Assembly: GCA_034722055.1 (NCBI GenBank) | Contig: JAYENL010000173.1 | Location: forward strand, 13,440 to 77,439 | Direction: 5' to 3' | Length of the DNA: 64,000 bases | Source: Armatimonadota bacterium | Lineage (GTDB): Bacteria > Armatimonadota > Zipacnadia > Zipacnadales > UBA5352 | In this document: piece after piece, positions 48,713-58,330 of the stretch | Numbering within the stretch: position 1 is the first letter of the stretch | Layout: each line of letters starts with the position of its first letter | Translations under genes and position numbers: made by a program | Notes under the pieces: model-generated | What the model was told of the DNA's origin: nothing | Database searches by the model: none | The model's input: the letters and a program-made list of their open reading frames with translations, nothing else

Positions 48713-50044
48713 ATGTCGCAGCAGCACGAGAGCTCGCTGGTCAAGCGCAACTTCACCCTCGGCGTCATCAACGGCTCCTTCTGGCTGCTGGCGAGGGCCC
48801 TGGTGGACCAGGACATCATCCTCCCCGCCTTCGCAGTGGCCCTCATGGGCGACAACCCCCTCTACGTGGGCCTGCTGGTCTCGCTGGTCAGCGCCGGGTG
48901 GTTCTGGCCTCCCCTGGTGATGACGCCGGTGATGGCGACGCGCCAGCGCCGGCACAGATACTACAAGATCTCCGCGGTCATCCGCCTGATCGCCATCGTG
49001 GGAGCGGGGTTGGTGGCGAAGCTGCTGGCCGGCGACAGCCCCGCGGTGGCGTTCGTCGCCATCGCTCTCTGCTACCTGGTCTTCACCTCCGGCGGCGGCA
49101 TCGGCCTGATCCCTTTCCTGAGCGTCATCACCGACTCCGTGGCTTCCGAGCGGCGCGCCAGGTTCTTCGCCATGCGCTTCTTCTTCGGCGGCCTGATGGC
49201 CTTCGCCGCCGGCTTCTGGGTGAAGTGGCTGCTCAGCGAGCGCAGCGGACTGGGCTTCCCCGACAACTACGCCTACCTCTTCGGCGTGGCGGCGCTGGTC
49301 ACCGGCATCTCTCTGTCCGCCTTCTGGTTCGCACACGAGCCCCGGCACAAGGTGGAGAGGCGCCGGCTGCCGTTCGTCGTCCAGCTCAGGCGCGGCCTCC
49401 GGCGCATCCGGCGGGAGCCCAGCTTCCGGCGCTTCATCGGCGCTCGCGTCCTCATGGCTGCCTCCTACGGCCTGGCAGTGCCCTTCCTGGTCCCCTACGC
49501 CTACCGCAGCATGGGCATGACCGAGGCCATGGTGGGCATCGCCCTGGCCGCGAGAGTGCTCTGCTACAGCATGCTGAACCTGCTGTGGAGCCGCGTCAGC
49601 GCCCGGTACGGCAACCGCCATCTGATGATCGTCTGCGGGTGGCTGCACGCCGGCGCACTGGCCCTGGCGCTGACCACGCCGCTGCTGCCAGACATCACGG
49701 TGGGCGAGGCGGTGGGCCTGCGCTTCACGCTGCCTCTGGCGGTGCTGATGGGCGTCTTCGGCCTCTTCGGGGCATCGCGCAGCGGCTGGATCACGGGTCA
49801 GAACGCCTACCTGCTGGACTTCACTCCGGAGCGGACCCGCCCTGTCTATCTCGCCACCTACTACCTCGCGGCAATGCCCATGGCGTTCATGCCCCTGGTG
49901 GCGGGCCTGATGATCGGCACCGGGGGCCGATACCTCCTGGCCTTCGGCATCTCCGCCGGGGCGGTGCTGCTGGAAATCGCGCTCACATACCGGATGATAC
50001 GTCTGCGCGGGGAGGACGTCGAGGCGGCGGGGCCGGCATCATGA
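48713..50044 (+). CDS. MFS transporter
   Basis: About 12 hydrophobic segments; ERRARFF, FPDNYAYLF and PERTRPVY. Confidence 0.85.
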   Translation: MSQQHESSLVKRNFTLGVINGSFWLLARALVDQDIILPAFAVALMGDNPLYVGLLVSLVSAGWFWPPLVMTPVMATRQRRHRYYKISAVIRLIAIVGAGLVAKLLAGDSPAVAFVAIALCYLVFTSGGGIGLIPFLSVITDSVASERRARFFAMRFFFGGLMAFAAGFWVKWLLSERSGLGFPDNYAYLFGVAALVTGISLSAFWFAHEPRHKVERRRLPFVVQLRRGLRRIRREPSFRRFIGARVLMAASYGLAVPFLVPYAYRSMGMTEAMVGIALAARVLCYSMLNLLWSRVSARYGNRHLMIVCGWLHAGALALALTTPLLPDITVGEAVGLRFTLPLAVLMGVFGLFGASRSGWITGQNAYLLDFTPERTRPVYLATYYLAAMPMAFMPLVAGLMIGTGGRYLLAFGISAGAVLLEIALTYRMIRLRGEDVEAAGPAS

Positions 50045-50063
50045 GCTGCAGGCGGGGCGTGAG

Positions 50064-50099
50064 AAAAAGAAAACCGCCCGCCGACTGGCGACGGGCGGT
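50064..50099 (-). terminator. Rho-independent terminator (minus strand)
   Basis: ACCGCCCG/CGGGCGGT stem followed on the minus strand by TTTCTTTTT. Confidence 0.8.
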
Positions 50100-50230
50100 G
50101 GCTCGCACAGCAAGGGTGCGTCTGAAGGATGATGGTGCCCTGCGGCGAGCATTCACTCTGATTGAGCTGCTGTGTATCCGTTAACGTAATCTACCCTCAG
50201 ACGTTCCCGATTCATCGTTAAACTTCCGTG
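50100..50230. other. Hairpin element containing the prepilin RRAFTLIELL coding motif (candidate sRNA or gene remnant)
   Basis: 50143-50172 encodes RRAFTLIELL then CIR-stop; enclosed by inverted repeat 50119-50128/50194-50203. Confidence 0.5.
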
Positions 50231-50235
50231 ACGTG

Positions 50236-53200
50236 TCAGGGCTCGATGTGCAGCAGGTCCTCGTCATCGAGATCCCCGTCGCCCTCCACCCACTCCCGCA
50301 CGATCTCCAGCACCTCGTCGGGGCTGAGCGTGCGCCCCGAGAGCTGCCGCCGCAGCTCCCCGAGGCTGCGGGGCTTGAGCCGCTGCCCCGACAGCGCCCG
50401 CTGCACATGCGTCAACACGTCATCCCCCAGCAGCGGCATCAGCCCCCGAGCGCCCACGTCGTCGGGCAGTCGCAGCAGCTCCGCCAGCTTGCGCACCGTC
50501 TCGCCGCGATGCGGCAGCGTGCGGATGTACTCCGCCAGCGCCCGCTGGTTGGCCGACGAGGCGAGCGCCTGCACGTGCTCCTGGATGCCCTGGCGGGCCA
50601 GGTCCTGCAGGTCCTCGGCCGGCCGCAGGTTCAGCTCCTCGCCCAGCCGCAGCCCGCACGAGGAGCAGACGGGCTGGCGCTCCAGCGCCTGCGAGAGGTC
50701 CATCTCCCTGCAGCGCTTCGCCAGCTCTCGCTCGATCTGCTCGTTCACCTCGCCCAGGTCATGCTCCACCGGCAGGTCCAGGCGGTCGAAGGCCGCCAGC
50801 ACCCGCATCTCAGGCGACGCCCGCAGGCCGTTGTAGGGCTCGAACTCCGACTGCCGGTACGCGGAGTTGTGCCAGGCCGCGTAGCGCCGCTTGTAGCGGG
50901 CGAAGAACACCTGCGTGAGGCGCACGAAGGTCTGCTCCTCGCCCACCGCGCCCTCGCCTGAGCGGATCATCTCCAGCAGCCGGTGGCGGAGGTCCTGCAG
51001 ATCGGAGCCCCTGGGCAGCCACAGGTCCTGGCTGGTGAGGTACTCCTGCAGCGAGACCAGCCGCGGCCCCACGCCCTCAAGGAAGTCCTCCAGCAGCTCA
51101 ACCACCCGCAGCAGGTCGCGCAGCTTGCTGACCCCGTTGGTGGTCTCCAGGTAGGGCTCAGCTCCGTCCAGCAGCTTGGAGAGGCCCTCTGCGGGATAGG
51201 CGTCGGGATCGACGAGCCGGAAGAAGCGCTCCACGTGGCTGAGGGCCGCCAGCGACTCCCGCCACGCCGCCTGGGGCTGCCCCAGGCGCTCCCGGAGCTC
51301 CTCGATGCCCTCGCGCAGCGTCTCCACCCGCTCGATCCATCGCCCGCGGGCGCCGATGAGCCCCTCCCACACAGCCGCCTGAGCGGCGTGGTCGGGATTG
51401 GCCACCGCCCGGTCGAAGACGATCCTGCACACCCGCGAGAGGATCTGCCATTGCTCGTAGGCCAGCAGCGCCGGGCGCGCCACCGTCTGCAGGTGGCGCG
51501 CCACCGGCGTGGCGATCCGCGAGAGCTGCACCGGCTCGCCGTCCTCGTCCAGGGCCATGAGGTAGCCGCGGCGGATCAGCGCCGCGATCAGCAGCTCGAA
51601 GAGCCCCGGCGGCAGGCCCAGCTCGGACTTGACCAGGTGCTCGGCCAGGTCGGCACAGGCCAGTGGCCGCCCCCGCCGGGTCTCTGGCGTCTGGTCGCGA
51701 GCGCGGATGCGCTGCATCACCTCATCGGCGGCGGCGCTCTCGGAGATGTCGAGCAGGTAGCCGTCATCCTCCCGGCTCGCCACACTCAGCGGGATCATGA
51801 CGGCCTCGATGAGCCGCGCCAGCCGGGAGTCGGCCTCCGGTCGCGCGAAGCCGGGGCGGACGAACTCGTCCACGAGCAGGTCGATCTGCTCCCGCTCGGT
51901 GAGGAGCTGCCGTGGGGCGATCTCGTGGAACTCGGGGAAGACTCGGTCGAGGGCCCAGTCGGCCGCCGCGTCCAGAGCGGTGGCCCAGTTGCCGTCCATC
52001 GCCGACAGCTCCGTTGAGGAGACGGCCTCCGCGAAGGGCGCGTAGATCGCCCCACCATAGTACGCTGCCCGCACGATCTCCCGCACCTGCGCGCCCAGCC
52101 GGGCCTCTTCCTCCTCCAGCCGCTGAGCCAGGCCCTTCTCGTGCTCGAAGCTGTCCCGCTGCGACAGCAGCAGCCGGCAGGCGGCGCAGTCGCGAAGCGC
52201 GTCCAGCTCCCGCTCCTGCAGCGGCCGGGGGATCCAGCACAGCACCGCGGCCGACCACCGGCCCGCGATGGTGTCGGCGCTGATCTCCCGCCACCTGGTG
52301 CGCTGGGCCTCCGGGGACAGCAGGTCGGCGACGTAGAGGTGGGCGCTGGCCATGGTGCCGGGGTCGGTCAGCTCCTGCACGCGGCGGTCGATCTCCAGCT
52401 CGTCGAGGCGCTGCACGCTCTCCAGCGATGCCGAGAGCGCGCGGGGGGTGTTGCGCCAGCGCACCTCCAGCAGCGCCTCCTCCGCCAGCTCCGCCAGCGG
52501 CATGCTGGGGCCGCAGTGAGCCACAGCGGCCTGCATCAGCCGGGGGTCGTCGCGGCGGATGCTCTCCCGCGCCAGGGACAGCCGCTCCCGGAGCGCGTCG
52601 CCCAGCGGAGTGTGCACCTCCGCGTAGTAGACGTCCTCGTCCTCCTCGCGCCCGCGCCGGACCTCCACGAAGCGGCCGTGCAGCCTGGCCGCCTCCAGCG
52701 CCCCCCGCAGCTCCTCGGCGCCCGCGAGCGCCCGGCCCGACGAGTCCAGCCCCATGAGCGCCGGCAGCTCGCCCCTCCCCGGCCACTCGTTGGCCAGCCG
52801 CAGCGCGATCAGAGTTCGGATGACCCGCCGCAGCAGCTCCGGGTTGGTGGGGTGCACCTCCGCGGCGTGGGCCTCGTAGTACTCCAGCGCCTGAGTGAGG
52901 TAGGGGCTCGCGTCGGGGCTGGAGCGAAGCTGCGGTAGCAGCAGCTCCAGGACCTCGGCCACGGCCAGCGGCTGCAGGTGCGTGCGCTCCTCCAGCAGAC
53001 CGGTCTCCCGCGCCCGCCGGACCACGGTCAGCACCCCGTCGGCGCGGCCCAGCACCCGCCCGGCCATCTCCTCAGCCACCTCAGCCGCGCTCGGCTCCAG
53101 AGGGAAGCTGTCCGCCAGCTCCTCAGCGCCGGGAGCGGCGTCCCCCAGCGCCTCCCGGTGGGCCTGGATCATCTCGCCCAGCGCCTCACCCACGACCTCC

Positions 53201-54225
53201 TCATCGGTGGGGCGGATGGCGTCAGCGACCACGTGCCGCATGTGCGCCGCCGACAGGTTCAGCCCCCCGCCATACAGGTCCGAGATGCGCCGCGCCAGAT
53301 GCGGCTCGACCCCGGGGAGCTCTCGCAGGGGCACCCGCAGGCTCGCCACCGTCCAGATCGGCGCGATCTTCCCCCGGTGGGCCAGGAACTCCAGGAAGAC
53401 CAGGTCGCCCTGCATGGCCTTGTCCTCGACGCTGCCCAGGAAGCTGCCCAGGTCGTCGATGAGGTAGAGCACGCCCGAGATCCGCTCACCGTCACACAGC
53501 TCCAGCAGACGGGCCATCCGCTCCACGCGGGACTGCCGGAAGTCCAGGGGGTAGTTGATGGACTGGGCGAACTGATGCCCGACGCGGACCGCCGCCTCCT
53601 CGTCGCGCTCCCGGAGCTGGTCCCACGTCTCGGCGCGACCGGAGCGCTCGGCGATGTAGCCGTCGAGCTCCTCGGCAAAGCGCGGCACCACGTGGCGCTC
53701 GATCAGCTCCAGGGCATACGAGTGCTGCGAGAGTGGCACCACGATGTCGTATGGCCGGCGCCGGAGCTCCCGCTCCGTCCGCTCGAAGACGATGTCCTCC
53801 AGCAGCTCGTCGCGTCCGGAGTGCTCCTCCAGCGGCACGGGCACCACCAGCAGCGGGGCGGACTCATGCAGCACTCGCAGGTCATCCGCCCACCGCGTGC
53901 GGCGCCGCGCCAGGCGCTCGCGGGCGTCGTCGCAGCCGGCCAGCAGAAGCACTGTCCCCAGCAGGTGGGTCTTGCCCGAGCCGGCCGGCCCGGTCACCAG
54001 GAAGCCGTCGCCCTTGCCGTCGGCGCGGGCCAGGCTGCCAAGCAGGGCGTCCAGCGCCGTCTCCACCTCGGGATCATCGCGGACGTAGACCGACAGCACC
54101 TCGTCCAGCCGGTGCAGCACCTGCTCGTCACGGTCCGTGAGGAGGCGCCACCGCAGCGCCGCCGTGTCGGTGAGCTCGAAGCTCTCCTCCAGGCCCTCGA
54201 TTGTGATCAGTTCCGCGAGTGTCAT
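50236..54225 (-). CDS. Large P-loop ATPase, DUF6079/BrxC(PglY)-like
   Basis: MTLAELI start, Walker A GPAGSGKTH, Walker B LYLIDDL, DLVFLEFL, SELGLP..L..L...G, and C-terminal C...CSSCG. Confidence 0.65.
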   Translation of the reverse strand: MTLAELITIEGLEESFELTDTAALRWRLLTDRDEQVLHRLDEVLSVYVRDDPEVETALDALLGSLARADGKGDGFLVTGPAGSGKTHLLGTVLLLAGCDDARERLARRRTRWADDLRVLHESAPLLVVPVPLEEHSGRDELLEDIVFERTERELRRRPYDIVVPLSQHSYALELIERHVVPRFAEELDGYIAERSGRAETWDQLRERDEEAAVRVGHQFAQSINYPLDFRQSRVERMARLLELCDGERISGVLYLIDDLGSFLGSVEDKAMQGDLVFLEFLAHRGKIAPIWTVASLRVPLRELPGVEPHLARRISDLYGGGLNLSAAHMRHVVADAIRPTDEEVVGEALGEMIQAHREALGDAAPGAEELADSFPLEPSAAEVAEEMAGRVLGRADGVLTVVRRARETGLLEERTHLQPLAVAEVLELLLPQLRSSPDASPYLTQALEYYEAHAAEVHPTNPELLRRVIRTLIALRLANEWPGRGELPALMGLDSSGRALAGAEELRGALEAARLHGRFVEVRRGREEDEDVYYAEVHTPLGDALRERLSLARESIRRDDPRLMQAAVAHCGPSMPLAELAEEALLEVRWRNTPRALSASLESVQRLDELEIDRRVQELTDPGTMASAHLYVADLLSPEAQRTRWREISADTIAGRWSAAVLCWIPRPLQERELDALRDCAACRLLLSQRDSFEHEKGLAQRLEEEEARLGAQVREIVRAAYYGGAIYAPFAEAVSSTELSAMDGNWATALDAAADWALDRVFPEFHEIAPRQLLTEREQIDLLVDEFVRPGFARPEADSRLARLIEAVMIPLSVASREDDGYLLDISESAAADEVMQRIRARDQTPETRRGRPLACADLAEHLVKSELGLPPGLFELLIAALIRRGYLMALDEDGEPVQLSRIATPVARHLQTVARPALLAYEQWQILSRVCRIVFDRAVANPDHAAQAAVWEGLIGARGRWIERVETLREGIEELRERLGQPQAAWRESLAALSHVERFFRLVDPDAYPAEGLSKLLDGAEPYLETTNGVSKLRDLLRVVELLEDFLEGVGPRLVSLQEYLTSQDLWLPRGSDLQDLRHRLLEMIRSGEGAVGEEQTFVRLTQVFFARYKRRYAAWHNSAYRQSEFEPYNGLRASPEMRVLAAFDRLDLPVEHDLGEVNEQIERELAKRCREMDLSQALERQPVCSSCGLRLGEELNLRPAEDLQDLARQGIQEHVQALASSANQRALAEYIRTLPHRGETVRKLAELLRLPDDVGARGLMPLLGDDVLTHVQRALSGQRLKPRSLGELRRQLSGRTLSPDEVLEIVREWVEGDGDLDDEDLLHIEP

Positions 54226-54310
54226 CTGTCCCTGTTGCTTTCACGCACTCGAAGGGGATAGAACGCTGGCGCCTCAGCCAAGAACGGGTGATCGCCCCGC
54301 CCAGAAGATC

Positions 54311-54337
54311 CTGGGGCGCGGGCGCCCCCGCCCGCGC
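54311..54337 (+). repeat. REP-like palindrome
   Basis: Identical 27-mer to 40807-40833. Confidence 0.85.
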
Positions 54338-54378
54338 AACCGTCAAGGCAACGACCTCGCGCCGCCGGGCGTAGACGG

Positions 54379-55254
54379 TCACGAGAAGGTGTACTGCTCC
54401 CCCAGCGCCGCCACGGCCTCCTGGAAGCTGTCGTGCCTCACCGCCACCGGCCCGCCCGAGCGCAGGCCGTCGATCTGGCAGAAGCCGCAGTCGGCGGCCT
54501 GCTCGGCGAGCACGTCCACGGCCGGGCCGCGCAGGCAGAACACGCGCCCCAGCGCCATAGAGCGCAGGTGCGCGCGGGCCACGGTCCTTCGGCCCCGGCT
54601 GGCGAACTCCTCCCACAGCGCGTACACGAACACTCGCCAGCTCGGCCCGCGGTGTGACGGGAAGTAGCCCAGGCAGCGCGTCTCGCCCCGCGCTATCCAG
54701 GTGGCGCCCAACGCCCCGCCCTCCCGCAGGATGCGCAGCGCGCACTGGGTGCTGGAGCGGTCGTGGAGGCCCCACCGCCTGCGGGCGTACTCGTCCACCA
54801 GCCGGTGGGTGATGATGTCGTCGGTCTCCAGCAGCTTGCCGGTGTTGATGGTGGCGAAGTCCCGCTCGCTGAGGCCCTCGGGCAGCCGGCCCAGGACGAA
54901 GCGCCGGTAGAAGACCTCCGACGCCACGGCCATCACCAGCCCCTCGCGCCGCGCAGTGGCATACAGCAGCAAGTGCCGGGAGTCCAGCGTGCGTCCGGCG
55001 GCTGCGATCAGGGCCGGCAGCGGGCAGGAGCGCTCCTGGCCGTCGGCGGCCCGCTGACACACGACCCGGCGGGCCAGCGTGGCGGCGATGCGCCGGCGGC
55101 GCTCCTCGTCGGGCGCCGGCACGCGCTCGGCGAGCTGCTCCACGACCTCCTGCCGCGAGCAGCCTGCGGCCGCCAGCTCAGCGGCCGCCACCGCCTCCGC
55201 GAAGTGCAGGCCAACTCTGACGCTGCCCAGCGCCTGCCCGGCCGCCCGGGACAC
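54379..55254 (-). CDS. BrxA/DUF1819-like DNA-binding protein
   Basis: RRRRIAATLARR, LLLYATARRE, LRILREGGAL and PSWRVFVYALWEEF pattern; directly upstream of the BrxC-like gene. Confidence 0.55.
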   Translation of the reverse strand: MSRAAGQALGSVRVGLHFAEAVAAAELAAAGCSRQEVVEQLAERVPAPDEERRRRIAATLARRVVCQRAADGQERSCPLPALIAAAGRTLDSRHLLLYATARREGLVMAVASEVFYRRFVLGRLPEGLSERDFATINTGKLLETDDIITHRLVDEYARRRWGLHDRSSTQCALRILREGGALGATWIARGETRCLGYFPSHRGPSWRVFVYALWEEFASRGRRTVARAHLRSMALGRVFCLRGPAVDVLAEQAADCGFCQIDGLRSGGPVAVRHDSFQEAVAALGEQYTFS

Positions 55255-55437
55255 CTCTCAGCCCACCTTCCTGTGTGCCCTGGCATATTCGCGCCACCGC
55301 CGAGGATGTCCTTTTGCGGAGGAGGATTATCGCGCCCTGCCGCGAAGCTAGCCCCACGCGACGCCTCACAGGCAACCAGCCTCGCCCGGCGGTCGGCCCG
55401 CCCGGCCGCCGGAGCCGTGGAGGGAGGGCCGACGCGC

Positions 55438-56421
55438 ATGCTCTCAGTAGCCATCTGTGGCGCCGGGGGACTCGGTCGCAATCACGCCGAGAACTTCGAT
55501 CAGATACCCGACACAGAGGTCACCCTCGTCTACGATGTCGTGGACGAGGCCGCGGAGGCACTGGCCGAGGACGTGGTGGCCCGGCCCGCGGAGCAGGAGT
55601 CCGACCTGTGGGGCGATGACGTCGATATCGTCGTCGTCACCACCCCCACGCCCTTCCACCACGACTACACGGTGAAGGCCGCCCAGGCCGGCAAGCACGT
55701 CTTCTGCGAGAAGCCGATGTGCCGGGACATGGAGCAGGCTGAGGAGATGCTGCAGGCGGTTGAGGAGGCCGGCGTCACCTTCATGGTGGGGCACGTGCTG
55801 CGCTTCTTCGCTGAGTACGTCCGCGCCCGGAAGCTGATCCTCGACGGCGTAATCGGCGACGTGGGCATCGCCCGCACCAGCCGCATCAACACGCTGCCGG
55901 GCGGGCCGGAGTCGTGGTTCTCGAACTACGAGATGAGCGGCGGCGTGACGCTGGACATGACCATTCACGACTTCGACTGGCTGCTGTGGACCTTCGGGCC
56001 GGCCGAACGTGTCTACTCGCTGGGCGTGCCCGAGCGCATGCCGCCCATCGACTACGGGCTGACCACGATCCGCTTCGAGAGCGGGGTCATCGCCCACTGC
56101 GAGGGGAGCTGGGCGGACCTGGGGCAGTTCCGCACCCACTTCGACATCGCGGGAACCGATGGCCTGCTGCGGCACTCCAGCACCGACATGCCCACCCTCA
56201 CCGTCCAGCGCAGGGGCGAGCAGGAGGGCGTGGCGGCGGTTCAGGTCCCCGAGAGCCCGGCGGCCAAGTCGCCGTACCTGCTGGAGGACGAGCACTTCGT
56301 CCAGTGCGTGCTCAACGGCACGCAGCCGGCGGTCTCGGGCGAGGACGCACGGGCTGCGGTGGAAGTGGCGCTCGCCGCCCTGGAGTCCAACGAATCACAC
56401 GGCGAGGTCATCGAGCTGTAA
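55438..56421 (+). CDS. Gfo/Idh/MocA oxidoreductase
   Basis: GAGGLG, AGKHVFCEKP and DMTIHDFD. Confidence 0.92.
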   Translation: MLSVAICGAGGLGRNHAENFDQIPDTEVTLVYDVVDEAAEALAEDVVARPAEQESDLWGDDVDIVVVTTPTPFHHDYTVKAAQAGKHVFCEKPMCRDMEQAEEMLQAVEEAGVTFMVGHVLRFFAEYVRARKLILDGVIGDVGIARTSRINTLPGGPESWFSNYEMSGGVTLDMTIHDFDWLLWTFGPAERVYSLGVPERMPPIDYGLTTIRFESGVIAHCEGSWADLGQFRTHFDIAGTDGLLRHSSTDMPTLTVQRRGEQEGVAAVQVPESPAAKSPYLLEDEHFVQCVLNGTQPAVSGEDARAAVEVALAALESNESHGEVIEL

Positions 56422-56500
56422 GGGCGGCGCACCGCTGCTGTCCGTCGCTGTCAATGCCCTTGACGCAGCAGCCGCATGAAGGTCTGGAGGGAGAACGGAA

Positions 56501-57496
56501 ATGACCAGGCTCGGCATCATGAGCTTCGCGCACCTGCATGCGGACTTCTACGCCACCGCCATCGCCGGACTTGACGACGTGGAAGTCGCGGGCGTGTGGG
56601 ATGACAATGCGGATCGGGGCAGGGAGAAGGCTGCCGAGTACGACACGCGCTTCTTCCCCACGCCCGAGGAGCTGTTCGCGCCCGAGAACGAGATCCAGGG
56701 CGCGATAGTCACCAGCGAGAACATCAACCACAAGCGGGATGTGCTGGCGGCCGCTGAGGGAGGCGTGGACATCCTCTGCGAGAAGCCCATCTCGGTCTCG
56801 GTCGAGGATGCGCAGGTCATGATCGACGAGTGTGACAGGGCCGGGGTACAGCTCATGATCTCCTTCCCGTGCCGCTACTCGCCGGCCTTCGGGCGGCTGC
56901 TGGAGATGGTCCGGGAGGGCGACCTGGGCGAGATCCTGTGCATCAAGGGCACCAACCGCGGCGAGAACCCCGGTGGCTGGTTCAACGATCCGGAGCTGGC
57001 CGGCGGCGGCGCGATCATCGACCATACGGTGCACGTGGTGGATATGATGCGCACCATGCTCGAGGAGGAGGTCGTGAAGGTCTACGCAGAGATCGACACC
57101 CTCTTCGATCCCGACCTTCCCTGCGATGATGCGGGGATCCTGAGCATGAACTTCGAGGGCGGGTGCATGGCGACCCTCGACGCCTCCTGGTCGCGGCCCG
57201 ACAACTACCCCATCTGGGGCGACGTCACCATGGCCGTCATCGGCACCGGCGGCAACGCCTGGGCCGACCTGTTCGTGGAGCGCGTGGACGTCTGGCGCGT
57301 CACTGACGGCACCTACCTGTGGGAGCCCTATGGCCACGACGCCAACGCCGAGATGATCGCGGACTTCGCACGATGCGTGGAGACCGGGGCGCCGGTCCCC
57401 ATCACCGGCTTTGACGGTCTGAAGGCCATGGAGGTCGCGCTGGGCGCCTACCGCTCCGCGGAGATCAATGAGCCCGTCGGCCTGCCACTGGCCTGA
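56501..57496 (+). CDS. Gfo/Idh/MocA oxidoreductase
   Basis: SFAHLH, ILCEKP and GGGAIIDHTVH. Confidence 0.92.
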   Translation: MTRLGIMSFAHLHADFYATAIAGLDDVEVAGVWDDNADRGREKAAEYDTRFFPTPEELFAPENEIQGAIVTSENINHKRDVLAAAEGGVDILCEKPISVSVEDAQVMIDECDRAGVQLMISFPCRYSPAFGRLLEMVREGDLGEILCIKGTNRGENPGGWFNDPELAGGGAIIDHTVHVVDMMRTMLEEEVVKVYAEIDTLFDPDLPCDDAGILSMNFEGGCMATLDASWSRPDNYPIWGDVTMAVIGTGGNAWADLFVERVDVWRVTDGTYLWEPYGHDANAEMIADFARCVETGAPVPITGFDGLKAMEVALGAYRSAEINEPVGLPLA

Positions 57497-57594
57497 TCTG
57501 CGGCCAGATCGTACCGGCTTGAGCTGCGGCATCGCTCGCGGCTGCTCGCAGTGGGACCGAACAGCACACACTCCGCTGGAAAGGGGGATGCCAT

Positions 57595-58296
57595 GTGTAT
57601 TTCCTGACCCGGACATGCGGACTTCTCTTCCTGGGGCTGGCCCTGGTCACGGTCATTCTCAGCTTCGTGGACACGGCGCCTGAGGTGATCTCGGCCGCCG
57701 ACATCCTCCGCAAGGGTGACTTCCCTCTTCCCATCGCCACCAGCGTGAAGTACAAGATCGGCGGCGAGGTGCTCTTCGACGTCATCGCGGTGGCCGCTTT
57801 TGCGCTTTTCGGATGGTTCCTGTGGACCTCTGAGATCCAGCAGACCTGGGCGGTGGTCATCACCTTCCTGCTGCTGGCGGGCGCGGTCACCATCAGGGTT
57901 ACTCCCCTGCTGTCCATGGACGTCGGGAGGCACTCGCCCGGCCTGATCTTCTGGGGGGCCATGGTGGTGGACGACTTCTACCCATCGCCTCTGAAGCCCG
58001 GGGCCGAGCGGCGCGGAGTGTCCTCCTTCCCCCCCAGCGACGGGTACGCCCTGGCGGTCACCGAGCAGAACCTGTCGGGGCAGGAGCCGCACCCGGCCGA
58101 GAGCGTGGTGCTCAACTTCGCGAGCGCACCGGGAGCCGTTGGTAACTTCGTCCCGGGCGGCGTGCAGATCACCGGCAAGCTGGCCGGGACACGGACGGTC
58201 CTGGATTGGGATCACGAGAAGGAGGTCTACTCCGTCCCGCACATGATGGTGCAGAGCGTGACGCCGCCCGCCGCACGATACAGGTCCGGTCGGTGA
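57595..58296 (+). CDS. Hypothetical membrane protein
   Basis: Three TM segments then a soluble domain; host-like codons. Confidence 0.6.
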   Translation: MYFLTRTCGLLFLGLALVTVILSFVDTAPEVISAADILRKGDFPLPIATSVKYKIGGEVLFDVIAVAAFALFGWFLWTSEIQQTWAVVITFLLLAGAVTIRVTPLLSMDVGRHSPGLIFWGAMVVDDFYPSPLKPGAERRGVSSFPPSDGYALAVTEQNLSGQEPHPAESVVLNFASAPGAVGNFVPGGVQITGKLAGTRTVLDWDHEKEVYSVPHMMVQSVTPPAARYRSGR

Positions 58297-58330
58297 CCGG
58301 AGCATGCGGCGGGAGGGGAGCGCCCGGGCC

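Noticed and set aside
50131..50140. GGGCACCA on the minus strand resembling a tRNA 3' end
   Set aside because: No T-loop GTTC motif or cloverleaf upstream
50174..50224. dif-like or integron att site (GTATCCGTTAA-CGTAAT; GTTAAAC)
   Set aside because: Second arm does not resemble the XerD consensus, there is no matching RYYYAAC/GTTRRRY attC pair, and no integrase is present
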